Positions 37,151-64,000 of a stretch of DNA of 64,000 nt are shown one piece after another. Below the pieces are notes generated by a model. It saw only the letters and a program-made list of their open reading frames with translations. It ran no database searches and was not told where the DNA came from. A program made the translations under genes and the position numbers. Each line of letters begins with the position of its first letter. Position 1 is the first letter of the stretch. This DNA is from Antechinus flavipes (taxonomy: Eukaryota), in NCBI RefSeq assembly GCF_016432865.1, contig NC_067404.1, forward strand, positions 84,692,001-84,756,000, in the 5' to 3' direction.

Positions 37151-38951
37151 TCTGAGAGCTCTCAAGGAGGGAAAATGGGGGAAATACTGAGAGAACGGGA
37201 AGCTCACTGCCCCCCTGTCCTATCCATGCCTCCCAGAAGTCCCTGGGTTACCGAGACTCAGGTTACTACTGGGAGGTGGCCCCAGGGGAGGTGCAGCTGC
37301 TGAAGAGGATCGGGACAGGCTCCTTTGGGACCGTGTTCCGTGGGCGATGGCACGGAGACGTGGCTGTGAAGGTGCTAAAGGTGGCACAGCCCACGGCTGA
37401 GCAAGCACAGGCCTTCAAGAACGAGATGCAGGTCCTCAGGTGAGCATGTGCACGGCAGCCAGCAGGGAGCACGAGCTGGCTTTGGGCAAGCAGGGGCTAA
37501 CCATCCCCCTCCCTCCCGTCGGCAGGAAGACGCGCCACGTAAACATCCTTTTGTTCATGGGCTTCATGACAAGGCCTGACTTTGCCATCATCACCCAGTG
37601 GTGTGAGGGTTCCAGCCTCTACCACCACCTCCACGTGGCTGACACTCACTTCGACATGGTACAGCTCATTGATGTGGCGCGGCAGACGGCTCAGGGCATG
37701 GAGTGAGTTCCTCCGAACCGGCCCTTGGCACGCGACGTTCACACGTGGCGCAGCTCAGAGCCGTTCCATAAATCTTCCCCCCATCCCCCGGGCATAGACA
37801 CGTATGTGTGTGTATGTGTGTTCGCACGCCCCAGACAGCTCTTCCTCATAATCTGTGTCCTTCTACAGTTACCTCCATGCCAAGAACATCATTCACCGAG
37901 ATCTCAAGTCCAACAGTATCCACCCGTGCTCCCTTAGAGGGCTGCTACAAAAGGGATGGGGAGGTCTGCCGAGGCAGGCTGGGAAAGGCAGTAGGTCCTG
38001 GGGGGTTGGAGGCAGGAAGATGGAGGGAGGGGTAGGGTGCCCAGAGAATACTGTCTGTGGCCTTTGACAAGGATGTAGATATCTTCCTGCACGAGGGGCT
38101 GACTGTCAAGATCGGAGACTTTGGGCTGGCCACTGTCAAGACCAGGTGGAGTGGCGCCCAGCAAGTGGAACAGCCCACTGGCTCTGTGCTCTGGATGGTG
38201 AGGCTGGGGGCTGGGAGGAGAGGGAGCGGCCACAGAGAGGGCAGGCCAGGCCAACCAGCTCACCCAGGCCTTCTCCCGGACTCCACAGGCCTCTGAGGTG
38301 ATCCGCATGCAGGACAAGAACCCCTACAGCTTCCAGTCTGACGTCTACGCCTATGGGGTCGTTCTCTATGAGCTCATGAGTGGCAGTCTTCCCTATAGCC
38401 ACATCAACAACAGAGATCAGGTGGACACTCCCTCCCCTTCCTTCCTCCCGCTCTCCCGGGACCCTCGTCCTGGCCCTGCCTGACCCTCACTCATGCAGCT
38501 CTTCCTTGGCTGGAGAACTTCCTTCTGGCACCTGCCAGGGTAGGACCGCCCCTAGTGATCCGATGCCCACTCCCTGCTCTGGTTGCAGATCATCTTCATG
38601 GTCGGCCGAGGTTATCTGTCACCAGACCTCACCAAAGTGTCCAACAACTGCCCTAAAGCCATGAAGAGGCTGCTGGCCGACTGTCTGCGCTTCCAGCGGG
38701 AAGAGCGGCCCCTCTTCCCCGAGGTCAGAAGCCACCTCCGGGTGGGCTTTGGGCTGGGCCAGGCCACCTGAAAGCTGGGGCCTCAAGCCTTGCCCGTTTC
38801 CTTCCCCACCCAGATCCTGGTCACCATAGAGCTGCTGCAGCGGGTGCTGCCTAAGATCGAGCGCAGCGCATCGGAACCGTCACTGCACCGGGCTCAGACT
38901 GAGGAGCTGCCTTCGTCCCTGCTGGGAGCCCTGCGCCTCTTTGGGCCGTAG
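35295..38951 (+). CDS. ARAF: A-Raf serine/threonine kinase, 623 aa; join(35295-35435,35578-35681,35792-36052,36226-36327,36415-36556,36805-36832,36953-37095,37237-37439,37526-37702,37869-37915,38079-38197,38289-38420,38589-38723,38814-38951)
   Basis: All introns are GT-AG and phases are consistent (1872 nt). RBD (TVKVYLPN), C1 zinc finger, CR2 RSTSTP, N-region SGYY, GTGSFG, HRDLK, DFG, C-terminal RSASEP. Synteny with SYN1/TIMP1. Confidence 0.97.
37107..37148 (+). repeat. (CA)n microsatellite just downstream of an ARAF splice donor
   Basis: Seen directly in the sequence. Confidence 0.95.
37916..38078 (+). other. ARAF: Putative U12-type (minor spliceosome) GT-AG intron of ARAF
   Basis: Donor GTATCC, branch-like CCTTTGAC 11 nt from the AG, no polypyrimidine tract. 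Position N|IFLH matches the RAF-family minor intron. Confidence 0.7.
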
Positions 38952-39537
38952 GGGCCCTGGCCAGCCCTGAGGCGGAATCCAGGGGTCCCAGGTTTCGTTC
39001 TCCTACTTCCCGGACCTGGCAGTGATGGCTGCAGTTTGCCCAGCTCCGGGCGGCCTTGGGAGGAGGGGGTGAAGCCGAGGTTCAAAGGCCAGAGGGGAGG
39101 AAGGGAATCCCCGCACCCCCTCTCCTGTGCCTGCTTTCCTACCACCCCCTCCCCCCCAAGAAGCACAGGAGGCTGCCCAGCTCTCGCTTTGATCACTTAA
39201 TCACGTTTCTTGACTCTTCTGTGGTCAGAGTAACAGATGGGGGGGCAGGGGGCGGGCGGGAGGGGTGGGCCACTACAGCGTCACTGCGCGCATCACAGGC
39301 TTCACGAGAAACTCCAACACACGCCAAGCGGCGGCACGAGGGTCACGGGCAGGCACACGGACGGCACACTGACACGCACGCGCACAAGGGGGAGAGAGGA
39401 AGGAGCGCCCGGCCGAGGGTACTGGGAGTGCTCGGTGATTTGCATATTTAAAGACACAGCCATCCCGGGTGCTGAGGAGGCCTTGGAGGCCTGGGGGGGA
39501 TCACACCTCGGGGGGGAAGGGGGAAAGGAGTGGGGAA

Positions 39538-57652
<18,115 letters not shown>

Positions 57653-58257
57653 GGCGCCGGTCGGGGGACCGACGGCCGCCGGAGACAGCAGCGCCCGCCT
57701 CACTGACCGACAGCGGGAGGCAGTGATGGAGACGGAGAGAGAAGCCGGGAGGGACGCGGGCGAGGATGGAGGCGAGCAGGGATGGAGGCGAGCTCGCGGC
57801 TCGCCAGCGCCGAGGCTCCGAGGCTGAAGCAGGCGGTTCTCCGACTCTCTGCCTGGCGCAAGGGGCGAGCCAGCGTCGGGGACTCCAGCTCAGCAGCGAG
57901 TGCGGCGGCTCCTGCCGAGCCCTGGAGCCGACTGAGCGCAGCGCCGCAACATCGACGCACTGCCCGCCCGCCCGCCCGCTCCCTCCTTCCCTCCCTCCGA
58001 CGCCAGCGCCCCCCCCTCCCTCCCGTCCGCAGCTCCAAGCGTGTGGTTCCGCCCAGCGCAACCCAGTCAAGGCTCCCCCTTCTCAGCGCTTGGCTCGCGC
58101 CATCCTGGCCCTAGGCTGCTCGGAGCGGTCCATTTAGGCTGGGACTGGGGGGGGGGGAGAGGCGGAGAGGAAAAGGGGGGCGTGTTCCTCTCTTCTCTCC
58201 CCCCCACCCCTTCCCCGAGCCTAGGCGATGATTCCGACGGGCGGGGGCTGCGGGGGT

Positions 58258-58278
58258 GGCGCTGGCCCTGGTGCTGAC
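58258..58278 (-). promoter_or_regulatory. SYN1: RE1/NRSE (REST-binding) silencer in the SYN1 promoter
   Basis: The minus strand GTCAGCACCAGGGCCAGCGCC fits the RE1 consensus NTYAGMRCCNNRGMSAG. It lies ~600 bp upstream of the ATG within the CpG island. Confidence 0.85.
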
Positions 58279-58389
58279 GAGGTCGCCGCCGACGCTTGCT
58301 GGGCTGCGCTGGGACCGGGGAAGAAGGGCGCGGCTCGGCCCAGCCCAACCCAGTGCCGCAGCCCCGAGCCTCAACCTCACCCCCACCAT

Positions 58390-59050
58390 GTCCTTCCATG
58401 TCTCCCGTTGTCTGTGGTGCTTTCTCTCTACATCTCTGTGTCTATCGGTCCCTTTCTTTGTCTCTTTCTATTAATCTGTCTCTGTCTGTCTCCTTTCTGT
58501 CTCTACCCCCCTCCCCACCTCTGTCCCTGTCTCTCTCCCCCCCTCCCCTGTCTGTCTGTCTGTCTGTGTCTGTCTGTGTCTGTCTCTCCCTTCTCACCTC
58601 TTTTTCTCTCTCCCCTTGTCTGTCTGTCTCTCTGTCTGTCTGTCTCCTCTCTGTGTGTGTCTCTATTTCTCTGTCTCTGTCTCTCTCCCCATCTGTCCGT
58701 CTCAGTCTGTCTGTCTCTGTCTCTCTCTGTTTCTGTCTCTCTACTCTTTTTTTCTCTCTCTCCCCAGCTCTCTGTCTCTCTGTCTCTCTGTCTCTCTCTC
58801 TCTCTGTATCTGTGTCTCCTCTCTCTCTTGGTCTCTGGTGTTTCTTTCTGTCTCTGTCTCTCTCCCCCATCTCTGTCTCTGTCTCCTCTTTTTCTCTCTC
58901 TCTCTCTCTCTGTCTATCTGTCTCTGTGTCTCTGTCTGTCACTCTGTCTTTCACAAATGTCTCTGTCTCTCTTCCCCATCTCTGTCTCTGTCTCCTCTTT
59001 TTCTCTCTCTCTCCCTGTCTGTCTCTGTGTCTCTGTCGCTCTCTCTTTCA

Positions 59051-59101
<51 letters not shown>
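58390..59101 (+). repeat. (TCTCTG)n CT-rich tract followed by (CA)n at ~59054-59101
   Basis: Seen directly in the sequence. Confidence 0.9.
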
Positions 59102-59103
<2 letters not shown>

Positions 59104-59119
59104 CCCCGACTCGATTTTA

Positions 59120-60530
59120 TCTAATTATTCATAAGCATTTACTCAGTCAAACATGGTGCTGGGGCCCAGGATAGAGAGACAAAAGGGAAACATCTCCTGC
59201 CCTTGAGAAGCTAACATTCTACTGGAGGAGAACACATTCACAGATAAAGAAATACCAAATAGATACTGAATAAATCCAAATTATCCCCACAGAAGGAGAG
59301 CAGTAGTAACAGTGGGGTAAGCATCAAGATGAGTCTCCAGTAGGAGATTGTATTGAGTCGAACCTTGAAGCAAGCTAATTATGAAGTCCAACAGGCCCAG
59401 GTCAGGAAAGAGAGAATCCCTGGCTGGTCAAACAGCCTGTGTTTTAAAGGCCAAGAAAGAAAATTGGAAAGTCACCAGAATGTGACAGTGCAGGAATCCA
59501 AATTTTAGCCAAGTGCCAAAAGGGAGCCATTAGAGTTTCTTGAGCAGGGGAGTTCTTCGGCAGCTGGGAGGAAGATAGATCAAAGAGGAAAGAGTAGAGG
59601 CAGAGAGACCCATTAGACTTAGGACTCTTCTGATAGTTCAGGTGAGAAGTTAAAAAGGGCCTGAATTAGGTGGTGTCTGTGTGAATGGAGAGAACACCAC
59701 ACAGATTTGAGTTACGCGATAGAAAGAGAACTACAAGTTTGGATGTAGAAGATGAGGGACAGAGAAGAGTCAAGGATGACAGTGAGTTTGTATAAGGACA
59801 TTGGGAGCCTTGACAAGAATCAGAGATTTTGTGAAGGATGAAATTATAAGATTGAGGATGCGGGGGGGGGGAAGGTGAGCTCTAGAGCAGACAAGGATGA
59901 CATCAAATTGCCAACCTGGGTGACATGACAATAATAGAGCAGTTGGGAAAAGGGGAAGGTTTGGGAAGATTTTAGATGTGTTGAATTTGAGATGTCTAGT
60001 GGATAATGCTTAACGAGCAGATGTCCGTTCAAAACGAGAGCTCAGGACAGACAGGCCGACAAAGTGATAGTTGAGTTCTTGAAAGCTGAAGAGGTGAGCA
60101 AGAGCGTGTGTGAAGAAAGGATCATTGAGGACTGAGGAAAGACCCATGGGACAGCTACAGAAAGGTGGATGATAATCCAGCAAAGGAAACTGAGAAAGAG
60201 TGGCCAGACAAGTAGAAGAACCAAGGGAGAGCAGTGTACAGAGCATCCAGGAGAAAGAGATGGGCAACGGCGTTCGCCACCGCAGGGGAGAGAGGCCGAA
60301 GAGAGGGAAGACTTGAGAAAAAAACCATCAGATCTGTCAGCAGCTTATCACAGTATAACTTTGGGGAGACCAGTCTCAATGGAGGACCGAGGTTATAAAT
60401 TAGATTGTAAATGTGGAGAAGCAAGAGAAGAGATGGGGACAACGAAGAGAGAGCTTCTCGAAGAGAAGTTCGGAAAAGGTGGAGAGAGATAGAATGATAG
60501 CCTGAGGGGGTGTCAGGATCAAGTGGAAAG
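59120..60530 (-). mobile_element. LINE-2 fragment
   Basis: L2 tail (ttattcataagcatttactcagtc) and body motifs (ctcctgcccttgagaagctaacattcta; gagccattagagtttcttgagcaggg). Confidence 0.75.
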
Positions 60531-61282
60531 TCTTAACTGTGACCTAGGCACATTTGCAGAGGCAGGATGGAAGGAACTGGCAGAAGGGTGGTAAAATGAC
60601 AAATCATAAAGTAGAAGGAAGATGAGAGGGGATGGGATCAAGGACGTGAGTGGAAGAGCTGGCCACGGCCTAACGGATGCAATGGAGGAGAGGAGGGAAA
60701 CCGAGGGGTTTTGAGATGAAACTAATAATGAGCCACAAAGCACTTTACAGACATTGCCTCACTGGATCCTCACGGCAACCGGGTCAAGTCATTTTTAGAA
60801 TGATCTCCATGTTACAACGAGGAAATGGAAAGTGAAGGAGTGCTTTTGCCCTGGTCGCACAGCAAAAAAGCATCTGAGGCGGGATTCGAATTCAAGGTTT
60901 CCTGACTCTAGATCCAGAGTGCTGTCCACTACACCAACCATATAGAACAGAGAAACAATTCCACTTTCTGTTTTAAAATGGTCGTTGCTATCTTGTTTTC
61001 CATCCCTTTTATTTCTGACCACTATACCACTTCCCTCTCGCTTATAACAAAGAATAAAAAAATAGACACAGGGTGAAAACCGGTTCAGAAAAACAAACCC
61101 ATGAAACAATCAAGTCTGATGGTTTCCACGATGTTCCACTGCTCTAGTCTCCCATCTGTTTCTCTTGAACTCATGCGCATCACTACTGGCTCAGCAATAT
61201 TCCATTATATTTCTGTAGCATATTTCTTTCAGCCATTCTTTAATCAGTGGGTACCTATTTTGTTTCCAGTTCTATGAGGCCT

Positions 61283-61428
61283 TCTTTTCTTTTCTTTTTT
61301 TCTTTGCTGAAGCAATTTGGGTTAAATGACTTACGCAGGGTCACACAGCCAGAAGTGTGGTCACATTTGAACTTAGGTCCTCCTGACTTCAGGGCCAGTG
61401 CTCTGTCCACTGCGCCACCTAGCTGCCC
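61283..61428 (-). mobile_element. WSINE1-type SINE
   Basis: Similar to 4455-4600 and 19405-19551. Confidence 0.85.
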
Positions 61429-61818
61429 AAGCGAGGGCTTCTTTTCAAGACCTCTTTGAGCCTATGACTAGCACAGTGATTTCTTCATTAAAGGAGAGGC
61501 TCAGCCTTTTCGTTTTTTCAGTGTAATTCTAGCTTGCTCTCCAAAACGGTTCTCCTAGCCCTGACGAGTCTCAACTTTTGCCATCTTTGCCACTGTGCAG
61601 TAGGATCTTAGGGCTGGTTGGATTCACCTCTTTCTTACGATTAGGGATTTGGATCATTCACCGCTCTGCTTATTAAGTTTGTAATTTGTCTTTTGAGAAC
61701 TTTGGGTTCATATCTTGGAGCGCTCATTGAACGGCTCTGCTTGGTGGGCATTTTGCTTTACGTCCCTTGACCTCCAGCCACTGGACCACTTCCTATCACC
61801 ACCTTTCCATGATCCCCA

Positions 61819-62495
61819 CCATCTTCTTTTTTTTGTATATATTTTATTTATTTGATTTGATTTGATAATAACTTTATATTGACAGACCCCATGCCAGGGT
61901 AATTTTTTTACAACATTCACCCTTGCACTCGTTTCTGTTCCGATTTTTCCCCTCCCTCCCTCCACCCCCTCCCCTAGATGGCCAGCAGTCCTATATATGT
62001 TAGATATGTCGCAGTATATCCTAGATACAATCTATGTTTGCAGAACCGAGCAGTTCTCTTGTTGCACAGGGAGAATTGGATTCAGAAGGGAAAAATAACC
62101 CGGGAAGAAAAACAAAAATGCAGATAGTTCACATTCGTTTCCCAGTGTTCTTTCTTTGGGTGTAGCTGCTTCTGTCCATCATTTATCAATTGAAACTCAG
62201 ATCTCTTTGTCAAAGAAATCCACTTCCATCAGAATACATCCTCATACAATATCGTTGTCGAAGTGTATAATGATCTCCTGGTTCTGCTCATTTCACAGCA
62301 TCAGTTCCTGTAAGTCTCGCCAGTCCTCTCTGTATTCATCCTGCTGGTCATTTCTTACAGAACAATAATATTCCATAACATTCATATACCACAATTTACC
62401 CAGCCATTCTCCAATGGATGGGCATCCACTCAATTTCCAGTTTCTAGCCACTACAAACAGAGCTGCCACAAATATTTTGCCCCGCCATCTTCTTT
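61819..62495 (-). mobile_element. 5'-truncated LINE-1 with 11-bp TSD
   Basis: TSD CCATCTTCTTT at 61819-61829 and 62485-62495; same subfamily as 9.1 and 14.4 kb. Confidence 0.85.
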
Positions 62496-62641
62496 GTCCA
62501 AAACATCCCTCCCTGGCCACCACTGGCCCGTCTATTTTGTCTTCTTCTACCAAAATGGAAGCTTTTGAAGAACAGAAGAAGAAGAATCTTTCTGGCTTGT
62601 ATTTGTGTCCCTGGCATTTAACTTAGGGCCTGGCACAGAGC

Positions 62642-62892
62642 AGGGCAGCGAGGTGGCACTGAAGTAAATAGAACACCAGTGCTAGAGACAAGAAGACTCA
62701 GCTTCCTGAGTTCAAATCTGGCCTCTGACACTTCCTAGATGTGTGGCCCTGTCACTTCACCCTGTTTGTCTCAGTTTCCTCATCTATAAAATGAGCAGGA
62801 GGAGGAAATGGCCAACCACTTCAGTATCTTTGCCAAGAAAACCCCCAGTGGGGTCGCAAAAAATCAGACACGACTGAAGTGACCGAACAAGA
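62642..62892 (+). mobile_element. MAR1-type CORE-SINE
   Basis: tRNA head, CORE (cagtttcctcatctataaaatgag) and RTE-like tail (cagtatctttgccaagaaaacccc...gacacgactgaa). Confidence 0.8.
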
Positions 62893-63489
62893 ACCGGGAT
62901 AAACGAAAAGCCCGATGGTTCGGAAAAGCAACGGTATGATAGGTAGCCCGAAGAGATGTCGAGACTTTTGCTGGACAGAAAACCATAAGGGAGTCATGTG
63001 ACACATGATTTGTGTGATTTGGCATTGGCCAGATGAACTTGCCCAGATCCCACTGCTGCCAGCTGCAATCCTTTGAGGAGCTGGCAGATGGTCTCCTGGA
63101 GCTGCTGTGGCCAACAAGTTCGTCTCCCTGCAGGGATCTAGGGAGGAGGTTCTGGGGGCATTGCCAAGTTGGGCCTTGAATCATCGGGTCTAGTCTTCTC
63201 ACCTTGGTTAGCAGGGTCAGGGCTGTAACTCTGCCAGACTAAACCTCACTAACCCAGGGTCTGACCAGTCTCCTGAAGGTCTTGGGGAAGGGCTGGGGGG
63301 GAACCTCTGTCTGGCCTTAATAGAACCAGGGCCTGAAATACGTTAGAAATAGGGTCCAAACGGGGCAAGTTAGAGTAACATCCCACTCTTCCCTTGGGCT
63401 GGAGTAGATATGGCATGCTAGGCCCAGTTGGGGGGGCCCACTTTAGGAAAGACATCGGGGAAGGAAAGGAGAGGCCAGGAATAAGTATA

Positions 63490-63705
63490 AGCTCCTCCTG
63501 ATCGTGGTAGGCACTGTGCTGAGTGCTTTACAGATATTTCATTTGATCCTCACAATAATCTTGAAGAGCAGGTGCTATTCCGATCCCCGTTTTACCGTTG
63601 AGGAAACAGAGGCAAACAGGGGTTTGTCTTGTCCAGGGTCACGCAGGCAGAAAGTGTCTGAGGCTGGATTTGAACTCAGGCCTTTCTGACTTCAAGCCTG
63701 GGGCT
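63490..63705 (-). mobile_element. MIR-type SINE
   Basis: CORE motif (ccccgttttaccgttgaggaaacagaggc) and head (ggatttgaactcagg). Confidence 0.75.
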
Positions 63706-64000
63706 ATCTCTAACTAACACTAACCCATTTCTCTACCCACTATACCACCTTGTGGTATACCTAGTGATAAACTGGAGGATGCCAAAAGGCAAAATGGACC
63801 GCCTGAGGGGGGGGGGAGTGGAGGCGGGGAGGTCTTCCAAAGGAGGACAATCCCATAACTGTGGTCCAACTCCCATCTATCCCAGGCGGTTTCCAAATCA
63901 TGGGAGGGGGGTAAGGGAAAGAGAAGAGGGCTCCCATAAAACTGCTGAAGTGGGGGCTGGGGGAAAGAGCAGGCAAGATCTGGAAAGGAAAGAACGTTCT

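Noticed and set aside
39455-39475. RE1-like TCAGCACC in the SYN1 3'UTR
   Set aside because: The right half-site (GGATGG) has two mismatches to the RE1 consensus.
57653-57703. 17-aa N-terminal extension of SYN1 from a GTG start in the ORF track
   Set aside because: The canonical [13 protein letters not shown] at 57652 has a good Kozak context; nothing supports upstream GTG use.
58228-59174. ~290-aa ORFs upstream of SYN1
   Set aside because: (TCTCTG)n repeat translation.
62900-64000. Possible 3' exons of CFP (properdin), the next gene in human synteny
   Set aside because: No thrombospondin-repeat or CFP C-terminal motif in any frame I read; CSWQQW in one ORF lacks TSR context.

Overview
Marsupial genomic DNA, probably a dasyurid judging by WSINE1-type CORE-SINEs and MAR1 SINEs. 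It is syntenic with the therian X-linked ARAF-SYN1(TIMP1) locus. Bases 1 to ~27.6 kb are AT-rich, gene-free and almost all decayed or nested retroelements (L1, L2, CR1/L3, RTE, CORE-SINEs, one ERV LTR). From ~27.6 kb the sequence is GC-rich and holds four genes: an intact, solitary OR3A-like olfactory receptor (30807-31754, +); ARAF (14 coding exons, 35295-38951, +, 623 aa); SYN1 (13 coding exons, 57652-39538, -); and TIMP1 (5 coding exons, 50761-52403, +, 209 aa) nested in SYN1 intron 5. I reconstructed the exon boundaries by hand and checked their phases. Main oddities: (1) ARAF lacks the RAF-family intron at HNF|VRKTF. (2) A 1-nt frame discrepancy in SYN1 exon 13 swaps the reading frames of the Ia and Ib acceptors (probably an assembly error, but testable). 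(3) TIMP1 has no N-glycosylation sequon. (4) TIMP1 intron 1 holds a ~2.1 kb higher-order purine minisatellite with about ten 5'-splice-site consensus copies. (5) A ~950-nt AG-free pyrimidine tract precedes SYN1 exon 4. (6) A lone OR3A-type gene lies ~1 kb from the ARAF promoter. (7) ARAF has a strong-Kozak uORF and a degenerate U12-type intron. All comparisons to human genes are from memory and need confirming by alignment.
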